The notes beneath the pieces were generated by a model that was not told where the DNA came from, searched no databases, and worked only from the letters and a program-made list of their open reading frames with translations. A DNA stretch of 64,000 nucleotides from an uncultured bacterium (GTDB taxonomy: Bacteria; Patescibacteriota; Minisyncoccia; UBA6257; 2-01-FULL-56-20). This document shows, in pieces, positions 1 to 10,253 of the stretch. The position numbers and the translations under genes are program-made. The DNA lies in the NCBI GenBank assembly GCA_963705915.1, contig OY970126.1:515552-579551 (forward strand), read 5' to 3'. Numbering within the stretch: position 1 is the first letter of the stretch; every line of letters starts with the position of its first letter.

Positions 1-862
1 TGAGGAAGTAGAAGTGGCCGTTTGTACTCCCATACCAAATGTACGTGTCGTGGCGATTCTGCTGATAACCGGATTGACAAAGTCCGGTCATTTCAAAACC
101 GTCGATTATATAATTTTCATCGGCTCCGAAATCAAGGAAGTCGTTGTCGTTATAGACGCCGCCTATCTGATTGGCACAGCCTGACACATAATAGGTGGTT
201 TGATTGAACAGTGTGGTTGAAAGACAAGTCGTTCCGTTTACATTACCTGCATTGCACAATGGATTATTCGCGGTAAAGATCGGCCGGGCCCACGAACTTC
301 CTGTGTACCAGGTTGCGTCGACCCCAAGGTAAATCGGGTGGGCGGATGTTCCGTTTGGACACAGTCCAGTCGGACAACTCAAGTTGGGTGGTGCCCACTG
401 CCACGTCCCTCCGGACGAGGGTACGCATGATGCCCCTGGACAGTTTGTATCGGTGCTAATCCCGAAATTCCACGTGTCGCCGCCCCGGAAGATTATTCCG
501 GTTCCTGCGGGAATTCCATCGCCGCCAGTTCCGTTCGAGCCGTTCTGTACCGCCAAACAATTCGACGAGCAGTTCGGCATCATCGGGGCATGAAGCCAAG
601 GAGTGCTCTCTGACATCCCGCTATTTGAGTCCGAACCATTATCTGCAACATAGTAGCAGTTTGTGATACCAAGACTTGCGAGCGTAACCAAAGAACCGGC
701 CGGGTTTGAAGGGTTTGTGTACGTCGCCGCCGTGGGACAAGCACCGCCGCCAGCGGCATGAGCAACGGAAGGTTTTAAGGATGGTTGGTGGGTCGCAAAG
801 AAAAAGGTACCCAGGACCACAGCAATAATCAGCGATACGTAAAAAAACTTATGCCTGTACAT
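1..862 (-). CDS. Secreted Cys-rich hypothetical protein, 3'-truncated by the window edge (N-terminus MYRHKFFYVSLIIAVVLGTFFF... signal peptide)
   Basis: Hand translation of the minus strand from the ATG at 862 stays open to position 1. Hydrophobic signal peptide, then a Gly/Asn/Cys-rich secreted domain. Not in the ORF track because no stop lies inside the window. Confidence 0.5.
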   Translation of the reverse strand, partial: MYRHKFFYVSLIIAVVLGTFFFATHQPSLKPSVAHAAGGGACPTAATYTNPSNPAGSLVTLASLGITNCYYVADNGSDSNSGMSESTPWLHAPMMPNCSSNCLAVQNGSNGTGGDGIPAGTGIIFRGGDTWNFGISTDTNCPGASCVPSSGGTWQWAPPNLSCPTGLCPNGTSAHPIYLGVDATWYTGSSWARPIFTANNPLCNAGNVNGTTCLSTTLFNQTTYYVSGCANQIGGVYNDNDFLDFGADENYIIDGFEMTGLCQSGYQQNRHDTYIWYGSTNGHFYFL

Positions 863-894
863 TCTCTTTATAATAGCATTCCTATCGCCTTCGA

Positions 895-2055
895 TTAATT
901 GAGGAGCCAGTGCAAACGGCGCCGCAGTTTTTGATTAATCTCCGAATTGCTTTTGTCGAAATATGCCTCGAGGAACGGCAGCACGTACCGCGAGATAGAC
1001 CGCATATCAAGTTCATCCCCTTTAAACTCGGCAGGGAAATCAAGCTCGGCGAGAATATCTACGATCGGCGTCGCCTCGAGCGTCACGCCGCCCACGCGGT
1101 GGGGAAATGTATATGGTAATCCATGGGGAGCGTCCACGTAGGTGAATCCCCGAAGTTTTTCTTTTTCGAGCGCAACCGAAAAACGTTCGAGGGCGGGGTC
1201 GAGAATTTTCTTGAAAGCGCGCGTCGCCGTTGCGGACATCTCCCCTCTTCTATATTGCTCATAGAGCCTTTCCGCAATCGCGACGTTCACGCCGAGCTCT
1301 GCGGCGATGGCCGTTATGAGTTCGTTGAAATCCCATCCGAGTTTTTCCCGATAGAGCACGGGGTAGCCTTCGCGCGCTTCGGTGAAAACATATACTGCAG
1401 CGCCCCCATTTTCCGAAACGATCAAATTGAGCGGCAGCTTGCGCGTTCGCGCAATCGCCCGGAGACGTGACTGCGGTCCTTCCACGAAAAAGAAATTGTC
1501 GGGCGCATTGAAAAATTGCTTCAAATCTTCAAAAAGTTCGCGCGTCGTAAATCGAAGCTCAAGGACAAGCGATATTTTCTTGCCGGTAAAACCCGTGGGG
1601 TTCACGACCGATTTGCCGTCGATTTTAAAATTGCGCGCTTCGGCGCCGACGAGCACGGTATCAAGCTCATGGATGCCGAGGCGTTTCGCCGCCTCGCTCC
1701 GGCATTGGTTAAAAATTTTTCCCATCGCCTGCGCTATCAGATTTTCAAGTTCGGCGAGCGTGATTTCGAACTTTGCCTCCGCGTGCTCGCGCGATAAATC
1801 GAGCGGAATCGGGATCGTCGTTGCAAGCGCCGGATGAGCGGTTGCGATAATTTTCCTGCGTGATTTCTTGAAAAGATAATTCCCCTCCCATGATTTTTGC
1901 GTCATGCGACGCATGGGAGATTTTAAGAATTTTTTAAGATCGATGTTCTCGAGATATTTCTCGAGCTCGATGTGCCGATATTCGTCCACGGCAAGAAACA
2001 ACGCGTTCACGCCGTTCGGAGCAATCTCCAGAATGAGGAATTTATCCTTCTTCAC
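895..2055 (-). CDS. Hypothetical protein, 386 aa (possibly an actin-like ATPase fold; not recognised with confidence)
   Basis: Long uninterrupted ORF with coding-like composition. No family signature I can name with certainty. Confidence 0.6.
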   Translation of the reverse strand: MKKDKFLILEIAPNGVNALFLAVDEYRHIELEKYLENIDLKKFLKSPMRRMTQKSWEGNYLFKKSRRKIIATAHPALATTIPIPLDLSREHAEAKFEITLAELENLIAQAMGKIFNQCRSEAAKRLGIHELDTVLVGAEARNFKIDGKSVVNPTGFTGKKISLVLELRFTTRELFEDLKQFFNAPDNFFFVEGPQSRLRAIARTRKLPLNLIVSENGGAAVYVFTEAREGYPVLYREKLGWDFNELITAIAAELGVNVAIAERLYEQYRRGEMSATATRAFKKILDPALERFSVALEKEKLRGFTYVDAPHGLPYTFPHRVGGVTLEATPIVDILAELDFPAEFKGDELDMRSISRYVLPFLEAYFDKSNSEINQKLRRRLHWLLN

Positions 2056-2075
2056 GCTTTCATTTTAACACAAGA

Positions 2076-2098
2076 AAAGCCCCTCGAAATGAGGGGCT
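2076..2098 (-). terminator. Rho-independent terminator hairpin (gcccctc-gaaat-gaggggc) followed by a T-rich run on the minus strand
   Basis: Perfect 7-bp GC stem. Reverse complement reads the hairpin plus TTTTCTTGTGTT. Lies just downstream of ORF 2118..2447. Confidence 0.5.
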
Positions 2099-2117
2099 GC
2101 GACCAATGGCGCTCTGG

Positions 2118-2447
2118 TCAGTTCACATACCGTGTCGGTGATTTCAGTAAGAATAGACTGTCGTGCCGTGGTTCAGGCAGTCGGCGTTGAGGTTCTTCTT
2201 TATGGGTCAGTTGGTAGAGACGTCTGCCAAGCTCGACATCATCCGGACCATCCAGAAAGACCAAATTATACTTGGCGCCTTCCAGGTCGACGATGAAGGC
2301 GACTGGTCTTGGAGGGATCACTTTCGACTCCTGAGGCCTCGCTATCGTCCACTCCTGCTTGTCTAAAGCACCAAGACATCTGCCGGTGAGGAAAGCTAAT
2401 GAGAGCAGAATCGCAAACCCAAAACACATCATCAACCAATGAGGCAT
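2118..2447 (-). CDS. Small hypothetical protein with N-terminal hydrophobic segment and possible lipobox (109 aa)
   Basis: ORF followed by an intrinsic terminator. N-terminus MPHWLMMCFGFAILLSLAFLTGRC. Confidence 0.45.
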   Translation of the reverse strand: MPHWLMMCFGFAILLSLAFLTGRCLGALDKQEWTIARPQESKVIPPRPVAFIVDLEGAKYNLVFLDGPDDVELGRRLYQLTHKEEPQRRLPEPRHDSLFLLKSPTRYVN

Positions 2448-2493
2448 ACATCCTCCTAGATGTTCCGCCTATATTATAAGGGCTGAATTCAAT

Positions 2494-4407
2494 TCAGTCA
2501 ATCACCCCTCGCACGCGCCGGATGCCGGCCGCAACGGCTTCTTCTTTCGCCAGTGTAAAGCGCCCAATCTCGCCGGTGTGCGAAACGTGCGGACCGCCGC
2601 AGAATTCTATGGAGAATGCATGCGTAAATTTTGGATTGTCCTGGGTTGCGTCCTTGGGGCCAATCGAATACACCGAAACGCGATCAGGATATTTCTGGCC
2701 AAACTCGTGTTCGGCGCCAAGACCCTCCGCTTCTTCGCGCGCCATCTCGGTCCGGATCACCGGCAGGTCTTCGCCAATCTTTTTATTCACAATATCCTCA
2801 ACTTCTTTCTTTTGCTCATCGGTCATCTTTACATCGTACGAAAAATCGAGGCGCAACCGCTCGCTCGTGATATTACTGCCGCGCTGTTTCACCTGCGGGC
2901 CGAGCACCATCTGAAGCGCTTTTAATAAAAGATGATGAGCCGTATGTAATCGCACCGTTTTTTCTGAAGTATCAGCCAAACCACCTTTGAATGTGCCTGC
3001 GGAGGATGTGCGGGAGAGTTCGCTGTGCTTCTCCATCTCACGACGAAATGCTTCCCTATCAATTTTTATACCCTTTCCCTCGGCAATCTCTTCAGTAAGT
3101 TCCCACGGGAATCCATAGGACTGGAGTAAATTGAACGCATCAAGGCCGGTAATCTTGCCGGATTTCATAATCTTCGCGAGCTCTTTGAGCCCCGTGCCAA
3201 TCACTTCATCAAATTTTGCGAGTTCGTCCTCCATCTCTCTGTATAGAGTTGCGGACTCTGAGCTCAAATTTTCATATACCCCAGCATACGAACCTGCCAC
3301 GACGGGAACCAAACTCAAAATTTGCTTCTGATAATCTGATTGCCCGAAAAGGTTCTGCCCGATGAGCGCCGCCCTGCGGAGCAATCGGCGCAAGACATAC
3401 CCGCGCCCCTTGTTGGACGGACGAACACCGTCCGCAATGAGAAATACCGATGCGCGTACGTGATCGAGGATAATCCTCGTCCTTTTTTCTTCTTTCAGCT
3501 GTAGCGTTTCTGCCATCTGCGCAAAAACATCAATATGGAAAACATCCGGATCCCCGTTCGCCGCTGCCGTGATGCGCTCGAGCCCTCCGCCGAAATCAAC
3601 GTTGCGCTGGGCAAGTTTTTCGAATGTGCCGTCGCTCTTCTTTTTATATTCCATAAAAACGGAATTGCCGATTTCAAGGAATCGACCGCAGTCGCAGTTC
3701 GGATGGCAATGCTCACCGAATTTTTTGTCGTGCCGCGGCGAACCCTTTGCATCCATCTCGCCAAAATCGAAGAATACTTCTGAGTCGGGTCCTCCCGGCT
3801 CGCCCGCCGGCATTTTTGAAGGCACGCCCGCGCGACTCCACCAATTCTTTTTTACGTCGTACGAAAAAATCCTGCCGCCTTGCATGCCTTTTTTGCTGCC
3901 GTTTTCTTCTGAATCAAGCTCAACATACTTTGGGTCTCCTCCGTCAACGTCTTGTCCTGCAAAAAGTTTTTTCCAGATTTCCACCGATTCGTGGTCGGCG
4001 GGGATGCCGGTTTCTTTGTCGCCGGCGAAAACCGTCACGTACAATCGCGCAGGATCGAGGCCTGCGCCGTTTTTCTTGTCGGTCAAAAATGCAAAAAACC
4101 ATGGAAGTTGTTCTTGCTTCCAATAATCATTGAGCGACCAATTGCCGAGCATCTCGAAGAATGTGGTGTGGCGATTGTCGCCCACCTCGTCGATATCCTC
4201 GGCGCGAAAGCTTTTTTGCGAGTTTACGAGACGCTTGCCTTCGGGATGACGCTCGCCCAAAAGATAGGTGATGAGCGGCTGCATGCCGCTGCCCGTGAAA
4301 AGGGTCGTCGGATCGTTCTCGGGAACAAGCGACGCCGATGGGACGATAACGTGCCCCCGTTCGACGAAAAATTTTAAGAATCGACTGCGGATTTCTTGGG
4401 AATCCAT
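2494..4407 (-). CDS. alaS: Alanine--tRNA ligase, short form (637 aa) lacking the C-terminal C-Ala/DHHA1 region
   Basis: N-terminus RFLKFFVERGHVIVPSASLVPENDPTTLFTGSGMQP, then HTTFFEMLGNWS. The editing-domain HxxxH motif (TAHHLLLKA) and a C-terminal CGGPHV motif are present. These are class II AlaRS hallmarks. Confidence 0.9.
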   Translation of the reverse strand: MDSQEIRSRFLKFFVERGHVIVPSASLVPENDPTTLFTGSGMQPLITYLLGERHPEGKRLVNSQKSFRAEDIDEVGDNRHTTFFEMLGNWSLNDYWKQEQLPWFFAFLTDKKNGAGLDPARLYVTVFAGDKETGIPADHESVEIWKKLFAGQDVDGGDPKYVELDSEENGSKKGMQGGRIFSYDVKKNWWSRAGVPSKMPAGEPGGPDSEVFFDFGEMDAKGSPRHDKKFGEHCHPNCDCGRFLEIGNSVFMEYKKKSDGTFEKLAQRNVDFGGGLERITAAANGDPDVFHIDVFAQMAETLQLKEEKRTRIILDHVRASVFLIADGVRPSNKGRGYVLRRLLRRAALIGQNLFGQSDYQKQILSLVPVVAGSYAGVYENLSSESATLYREMEDELAKFDEVIGTGLKELAKIMKSGKITGLDAFNLLQSYGFPWELTEEIAEGKGIKIDREAFRREMEKHSELSRTSSAGTFKGGLADTSEKTVRLHTAHHLLLKALQMVLGPQVKQRGSNITSERLRLDFSYDVKMTDEQKKEVEDIVNKKIGEDLPVIRTEMAREEAEGLGAEHEFGQKYPDRVSVYSIGPKDATQDNPKFTHAFSIEFCGGPHVSHTGEIGRFTLAKEEAVAAGIRRVRGVID

Positions 4408-4483
4408 ACCCGTACATACTACTGGACGGCGCTGGATTTTTCCAGCAGATTAAGGCATAATACAGGCAGAAGGAGGTGCCGCT

Positions 4484-4801
4484 ATGGGCATCAAAAAACC
4501 ACCCAGCTGCACAGCAATCCGCGAAAGATTTTGGAGTCGCGTCGTCGTGGAAGCGCCGGATCTCACGCTCAAAGAGATCACGGAGATCGGCGACCACATG
4601 GTGGAATGCCAATCTTGCCATTTAGCTATCGGCACCGCCGAAAGTATCCTGGACCAGCTATCGCACTCCCAGCGATTTGCAGGCGACGCCAAAGATCCGT
4701 GCAGGGATTACATCTTCGATCTTGGAATGAAAAAATTTCTGGAACTGGTTGACTACGGCTTTTGTGAAGACACACAAAACCAGACACGATATGACCAGTA
4801 A
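4484..4801 (+). CDS. Hypothetical small protein with HxxxCxxCH zinc-finger-like motif (105 aa)
   Basis: ORF in the alaS/miaA divergent intergenic region. Contains HMVECQSCH, reminiscent of zf-HC2 anti-sigma domains. Weak evidence. Confidence 0.35.
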   Translation: MGIKKPPSCTAIRERFWSRVVVEAPDLTLKEITEIGDHMVECQSCHLAIGTAESILDQLSHSQRFAGDAKDPCRDYIFDLGMKKFLELVDYGFCEDTQNQTRYDQ

Positions 4802-4873
4802 CCAGGCTCGCTCCTCCGCTGCCGGACAGGGAACCCGGCAGCTTTTTTTACCGAAATATTTTATGATGTCTCC

Positions 4874-5788
4874 ATGCGAAAGCCCGTCATTGTGATCGTC
4901 GGCCCAACGGCAAGCGGGAAAACCGCGCTCTCGATAAAAATTGCGCGCCGGTTTGACGCTGAAATTATTTCCGCCGATTCGCGGCAGGTCTATCGAGGGA
5001 TGGACATCGGCACGGGGAAAATCACGAAGCGAGAAATGCGCGGCGTGCCACACCACATGCTCGACGTCGCTTCGGCGCTCCGGACTTTTAGCGCCGCGGC
5101 ATATCAGAAAAAAGGTAAAAAAATCATTAAAAGTATTTTGGCGAAAGGAAAACTACCGATTGTAGTCGGCGGCACCGGTTTTTATATCGACGCTCTGGTA
5201 TATGACTACGCCTTGCCTTCGGTTAAACCCAATAAGGCGCTCCGGCGAAGACTGGAGAAACAATCGACTGAAAAACTTTTTGACGAACTTACGAAGCGTG
5301 ATCCGCGACGCGCGAAGACCATCGACCGGCGCAACCGTCGGCGCCTTGTGCGCGCGCTCGAGATCGTGCTCTCCACGAAAAAACCCGTGCCGAGCCGCGA
5401 GCAATCACTCACGCGAAAAAGCCCGTACGACGTTTTGAAAATTGGCCTCATGCCGAGTGCAGCGGTACTCAAAAAAAATATTGCCGCTCGGCTCAAAGCG
5501 AGGTTGCGCCAAGGCATGATAAAAGAAGTTGAGCGACTCCATAAAAATGGTGTGAGCTGGCACCGTCTCGACAACTTTGGCCTCGAATATCGCTACGTGA
5601 GCCGCTATCTCCGCGGTATGATCACCCGCACCGAAATGGTTGCAGCCATCGAAAAGGAAAGCTGGCAGTATGCGCGCAGGCAGATGACGTGGTTTAGGAG
5701 GGATCCTTGGGTGCATTGGGTCAAAACCCAACAATCAGCCCTTACCCTGCTCAAGGCGAATATAAAAAGAAAAGAGGCGGACGAATAG
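4874..5788 (+). CDS. miaA: tRNA dimethylallyltransferase
   Basis: P-loop VIVIVGPTASGKTALS, ADSRQVYRGMDIGTGK and HHMLD motifs typical of MiaA. Confidence 0.9.
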   Translation: MRKPVIVIVGPTASGKTALSIKIARRFDAEIISADSRQVYRGMDIGTGKITKREMRGVPHHMLDVASALRTFSAAAYQKKGKKIIKSILAKGKLPIVVGGTGFYIDALVYDYALPSVKPNKALRRRLEKQSTEKLFDELTKRDPRRAKTIDRRNRRRLVRALEIVLSTKKPVPSREQSLTRKSPYDVLKIGLMPSAAVLKKNIAARLKARLRQGMIKEVERLHKNGVSWHRLDNFGLEYRYVSRYLRGMITRTEMVAAIEKESWQYARRQMTWFRRDPWVHWVKTQQSALTLLKANIKRKEADE

Positions 5789-5807
5789 ACGTCCACCTCT
5801 AAAAAGG

Positions 5808-6104
5808 TTAAAGGAAAGATTGGGTGGCTGTCCGTTGCGCTACTCCTGGCTTGGCTTCGGAAAACGCTGGCTTACAGAAGCCGCATTTAATCACTCCTCC
5901 TTCAAGTTTTTTCCAGGTGCTGTATCCGCATTCCGGACAACGGATATCGCTTGACGCCTGGCCAGACAAAATCAAAGGGCACTCATTGCCAGAAGGGCAG
6001 TGGTAGTGATTGTCCTTCAGCACAATCAACTCCGCTTGGCAGCCCTTGCATTTTTCAGCATCGTGACGATCACTCCAGCCGTCGTTAACACCCCGCAACA
6101 CCAT
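5808..6104 (-). CDS. Cys-rich zinc-ribbon hypothetical protein (98 aa)
   Basis: Four CxxC-type pairs: CKGC, CPSGNEC, CPEC, CGFC. Sits in the intergenic slot between miaA and gatB. Confidence 0.5.
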   Translation of the reverse strand: MVLRGVNDGWSDRHDAEKCKGCQAELIVLKDNHYHCPSGNECPLILSGQASSDIRCPECGYSTWKKLEGGVIKCGFCKPAFSEAKPGVAQRTATQSFL

Positions 6105-6269
6105 CGCATTCCCCTTTCTCGGTTTAAGCTCTCGAACAATCGAGAGAGCCCCTTGAGAAACGAATGTTCGTTTGCTCCTTTCGCAAAAGGCTGTCTCGAT
6201 CCGAAAGCATGCAGTTGTAATAAATTTTTAATGAACGATTTTCTATGATAAGGCGTTTTCGCCCGCAGG

Positions 6270-7712
6270 TCAAGCTAAATTGCGCTCAAAAAGATCCTTG
6301 AGCATGTCGGGACGCGCTTTGCCTTTCAATGTGCTCATCGCTTTGCCGATCAAGAACTGCAAACTCGCTTTTTTCCCTGCTTTATAATCGGCGACGGCCG
6401 CATGATGTTCGGCAATCACCGCAAGGACAACCGCCTCGATCTCGCCTTCGTCGGAAACGATGCCGATGCTTTCTGATTTCATAATCTCTTCCGGATCGGC
6501 ACCGGTCTCAAACATTTTGACAAGCATATCTTTTGCCTGCCGGCTTGTTATTTTTTTCTGCTCGATGAACCCAGCAAGGTGGGCGAGGTGTTCGGGCAGA
6601 ACCTTAGTATACGACGACGGGGTACCATTTTGGTTCAGGAGGCCGCGCAGGTCGCTCGTGAGATAGTTATAGAGCGTATTGATGCCAGCCTTACTCGCTT
6701 CTCCTGTGCCATCCGCACCGTCTTGCCCGTCCGCCAAAAATTCCTGCAATTCAGAAGCGGCTTCTTCGAAATAGTCTGCCATGGCTGGATCGCCAACCAA
6801 AAGTTCGGTCTGCTTTTCATCGAGGCCATATTCGTTCATAAACCGAACACGCTTTTGCGCAGGCAATTCTTCGAGAGCGGCCTTGAGTTGATCCAGATCA
6901 AAAACCTTCGTCTCAAAGGGTGGAATATCTGGCTCCGGAAAGTAGCGATAGTCATGCGCCTCCTCTTTTGATCGCTGGATGATAGTTTTCTGTTTTATCT
7001 CATCCCAACCACGCGTCTGCTGGGTGATCGCCTCACCCGTCTTGAGCGCTTCTTCTTGACGCTTCAATTCATATTCAACGGCATCGTGCACCGCCTTGAA
7101 CGAGTTGATGTTTTTGAGCTCGACTTTTGTTCCCATGTTCAAGCTCACATTCGCTTCGATCCGCATCTCCCCTTTTTCCATGTTGGCATCCGAGACACCG
7201 AGGTAGCGCAGGATGAGCTGAAGTTCGCGGGCAAAATCGGCAACTTGGTCGGCGCTCGTGAAATCGGGCTCCGTCACGAGCTCCATGAGCGGCACGCCCG
7301 AGCGGTTATAATCGACGAGCGACGCGCCATCCGCATGTGCAAGATTCGCCGTATCTTCTTCGAGGTGAACGCGCCGTATGCGGACGTTCTTCAACGTGCC
7401 GCCGGTCACAAGCGGTTTGTCGTATTGCGAAATTTGGTACGCCTTCGGCAAGTCCGGGTAGAAATAATTTTTGCGGTCAAATTTTGTGGACTCGCTGATC
7501 TCTGAGCCAAGCGCGAGGCCTACCTTAATCACATGTTCAATCGCCTGTTTATTTGGCACCGGCAACGTCCCCGGATGGCCGAGACAAACAGGGCAAACGT
7601 TTATATTCGGATGCTGCTCTTCGGAATCATTCAAAGAATCGCAAAACATCTTCGTTCGCGTTTTGAGCTCCGCATGGATTTCGAGGCCGATGGTTGGGTT
7701 GTATTCGGACAT
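6270..7712 (-). CDS. gatB: Asp-tRNA(Asn)/Glu-tRNA(Gln) amidotransferase subunit B
   Basis: N-terminus YNPTIGLEIHAELKTRTKMFC...CPVCLGHPGTLP plus a C-terminal GatB/YqeY domain. Confidence 0.92.
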   Translation of the reverse strand: MSEYNPTIGLEIHAELKTRTKMFCDSLNDSEEQHPNINVCPVCLGHPGTLPVPNKQAIEHVIKVGLALGSEISESTKFDRKNYFYPDLPKAYQISQYDKPLVTGGTLKNVRIRRVHLEEDTANLAHADGASLVDYNRSGVPLMELVTEPDFTSADQVADFARELQLILRYLGVSDANMEKGEMRIEANVSLNMGTKVELKNINSFKAVHDAVEYELKRQEEALKTGEAITQQTRGWDEIKQKTIIQRSKEEAHDYRYFPEPDIPPFETKVFDLDQLKAALEELPAQKRVRFMNEYGLDEKQTELLVGDPAMADYFEEAASELQEFLADGQDGADGTGEASKAGINTLYNYLTSDLRGLLNQNGTPSSYTKVLPEHLAHLAGFIEQKKITSRQAKDMLVKMFETGADPEEIMKSESIGIVSDEGEIEAVVLAVIAEHHAAVADYKAGKKASLQFLIGKAMSTLKGKARPDMLKDLFERNLA

Positions 7713-7805
7713 CTGACGAATTATTCGTATTGCCTTCTATTATAGAGAAAAAACGATAATAATGAAGGGCTCAAAATTCCGCGGCGGCTATGCCATAATA
7801 GAGGC

Positions 7806-8366
7806 ATGGCAATCGTCACGATCGGCGGACAAATCGGAGCTGGAAAGACCACGCTTGCGGCTCGGATCGCAAATACTTTGGGATATGAAAACGTATCCGT
7901 CGGCCACACATTTCGTGAAATAGCGAGACAACAAGAAAAGCCAATCGAACAATTTTACGCAGAACTCAAGAGCGACCCGAAGCTTGAACAATCAGTTGAT
8001 GAACGGCAAGCAAAGTTGATGCGTGAAAAAGATAATCTCGTTGTGCAAGGACGCGTCGCATGGTTTTTTGCAAAAGGAAGTATGCTCACAGTGTTCAATG
8101 TTTTTCTCGCCGTTGACCCGAAGACGGGAGCGGAGCGGAGCGGGAAGCGGCCCGAGAACGCCGGGAAGTCGTTGCGGGAACTGCTCGCGGCGAATCGCGA
8201 GCGCATGCAGACCGAAATCGAACGCTATCGCCTGCTCTATGGCATCCAGAATTTTCTTGACCCGAGCCATTATGATTACGTGCTCGACACCACCAATCTG
8301 AGCGAAGAAGCGGTACTTGGAAAAATTATAGAAAAACTCCGCGAACGAATCGAAGCGGATCTATAA
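7806..8366 (+). CDS. Cytidylate kinase-like P-loop NMP kinase (186 aa)
   Basis: Walker A IVTIGGQIGAGKTTLA at the N-terminus. Size and layout match archaeal-type CMP kinase / AAA-like kinases. Confidence 0.7.
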   Translation: MAIVTIGGQIGAGKTTLAARIANTLGYENVSVGHTFREIARQQEKPIEQFYAELKSDPKLEQSVDERQAKLMREKDNLVVQGRVAWFFAKGSMLTVFNVFLAVDPKTGAERSGKRPENAGKSLRELLAANRERMQTEIERYRLLYGIQNFLDPSHYDYVLDTTNLSEEAVLGKIIEKLRERIEADL

Positions 8367-8394
8367 CCATGCTCGGTTTAGTACAATTAATATA

Positions 8395-9714
8395 ATGTTC
8401 AAAAAATCCCCCAAGGTTGTCGCCGATCCCCTCTACGGCATAATCGATATCCGCCCCGTACTCGCGATGGTCGAGACGCGCGAATTCCAGGCGCTCGGGG
8501 ATAAGCGTCAGCTTGGCATGGCCTATCTCACTTTTCCATCCGCAACGCATACGCGCAAAGCCCACTCACTCGGCGCTTATCACGCAACACGAGAACTCGC
8601 CGATCTTTGGATTAAGCACGGATTCATACACTCCCGCGAAGGCGACGCGCTTGCCGGTTACGCGCTCTATCACGACATCGGCCACCCGGCGTTTTCGCAC
8701 GTCACAGAATCGCTCTGCGAATTGCCTGCCGGAGCGCAACGGGAAGCCACGCAAAAAGGCATGAGCGTAAACGGGGCGATGAGCCTTGAAATCATTAAAA
8801 AATCCCGAAAAACAATCGAGTCGTGCGGCATCGACTATAAAATACTCGAAGCGATGGCTGCCCATCGTAATCCTCTCTATCTCGCCGTGAGCGACAAGAA
8901 TCTTGGTATGGAAAAATTCGACTATCTCGAGCGCGATGGCCTCTCAACCATTCTCAGCCGTCCCGTCGGCGTGGACTACCTGCGGCATCATATTTATTTC
9001 ATAAACGGCCGTCTTGCGATCGACGAAAAGGTAGTGGACAACGCGATCGAGCTCCAAAACTATTACTTAAAAATTTATAAAAACGTCTACCTCAGAAAAA
9101 CGTCTGCGATCGCGCAACGAATGATGCAAAAGATGGTATACCATCTGATCCTTGCGGGAGAAATCAAACGAAGCGACCTTGTCGACCTCACCGATTCAGA
9201 ACTCATCGGCATCATGCACTTATCGCACGACCCGATCGTTCAGGCGATGTACGGCTTACTCCGCGAGCGCGATTTGTTCCGTGAAGCTGTCGTTGTCCGT
9301 CCCGAAAAGTTTGCGCGCGCCGAAATGACGACCGGCAAACACATCACCGTCTTCGGCACGGGCGCACGAAACATCGAAAAGCTCGCCCGCAATAATGCCT
9401 ACAAACCGGAAAATCAGCGCGGCCTTGAAGAACTCGAATCAAACATCGCCGAGATCGCGGGAATCCCCGAGACGAACGTCCTCGCCGCCCCCATCCACAG
9501 CACCGAACGTTTTGAAGGCCATGACATCATGATCTACGAAGGCCGCGGCAAAAAACTGTCCTCGCTCCGCGCGCAATATCCGGCGCACTTCAAAAACATC
9601 GAAGAGGTGGCGCAGACCTATCTTGCATTCCGCATCTGCACCACGGAAAAATATCGCAAGCGTTTGAGCGAACCAAAAATTGCGAAAAGAATTTTTGCAT
9701 TGCTTGTTGCTTGA
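8395..9714 (+). CDS. HD-domain phosphohydrolase, dGTP triphosphohydrolase-like
   Basis: HTRKAHSLGAYH...LYHDIGHPAFSH is an HD-domain metal-binding signature as in dGTPase/SAMHD1-like proteins. Confidence 0.8.
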   Translation: MFKKSPKVVADPLYGIIDIRPVLAMVETREFQALGDKRQLGMAYLTFPSATHTRKAHSLGAYHATRELADLWIKHGFIHSREGDALAGYALYHDIGHPAFSHVTESLCELPAGAQREATQKGMSVNGAMSLEIIKKSRKTIESCGIDYKILEAMAAHRNPLYLAVSDKNLGMEKFDYLERDGLSTILSRPVGVDYLRHHIYFINGRLAIDEKVVDNAIELQNYYLKIYKNVYLRKTSAIAQRMMQKMVYHLILAGEIKRSDLVDLTDSELIGIMHLSHDPIVQAMYGLLRERDLFREAVVVRPEKFARAEMTTGKHITVFGTGARNIEKLARNNAYKPENQRGLEELESNIAEIAGIPETNVLAAPIHSTERFEGHDIMIYEGRGKKLSSLRAQYPAHFKNIEEVAQTYLAFRICTTEKYRKRLSEPKIAKRIFALLVA

Positions 9715-9741
9715 TACTCCGGAGAGAAGCTTGTAAAATTT

Positions 9742-10191
9742 TTGTTCTCGACATACAATGCCCGGCAGGAGGTTGTCATGGGAGAGATGTATATCTTTGC
9801 CAAGTTTTGCAAACACGCAGAAAGAGATCAGAACGATTCTCTCAAAAGCATCGTGGAGCGTATCGAGGGTAGACTAACCGAGTATTTCAGGACCAAAATC
9901 GACCCGATCGACGCGGTCATCATTGAACCTTTTGCAACGCGCATCAAACAAGGCGAAGAAAACGCCGATATCCTCGTTCAGACGCTCGGCATTCTCCCCA
10001 ACGATTATCGCTCGGAGTGCTTCGAAAAGGACCTCGAAAAAGCAGCCGCGATCATCGCTGACTACTGCGGCAGAATGTTTTCATGCGATCGCTGCAAAGA
10101 AGAACGAGCCGTGCGCTGCAGGGTTTATGCTCTCGACGGCATCGTGAGAAACGTGTTCAAGCCGGGAGGAGTGAGAATGACGGTCGCCTAA
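9742..10191 (+). CDS. Hypothetical protein (149 aa; true start possibly at 9778 MGEMYIF)
   Basis: ORF followed by a bidirectional terminator. No recognisable domain. Confidence 0.5.
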   Translation: MFSTYNARQEVVMGEMYIFAKFCKHAERDQNDSLKSIVERIEGRLTEYFRTKIDPIDAVIIEPFATRIKQGEENADILVQTLGILPNDYRSECFEKDLEKAAAIIADYCGRMFSCDRCKEERAVRCRVYALDGIVRNVFKPGGVRMTVA

Positions 10192-10205
10192 CGGCACCCA
10201 TCAAT

Positions 10206-10248
10206 AAAAATCCCCAGCATTCGTGCCGGGGACTTTTTTTATTTCAAT
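10206..10248. terminator. Bidirectional intrinsic terminator (ccccagcattcgtgccgggga hairpin flanked by A-run and T-run)
   Basis: GC hairpin flanked by aaaaat and ttttttt. Lies between the convergent ORF 9742..10191 (+) and rplK (-). Confidence 0.6.
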
Positions 10249-10253
10249 AATTT

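Noticed and set aside
4127-4621. 164-aa minus-strand ORF overlapping the alaS start
   Set aside because: It extends 280 nt into alaS in another frame and has Arg-rich low-complexity composition, so it is likely spurious. The plus-strand 4484..4801 ORF is the better candidate for this intergenic space.
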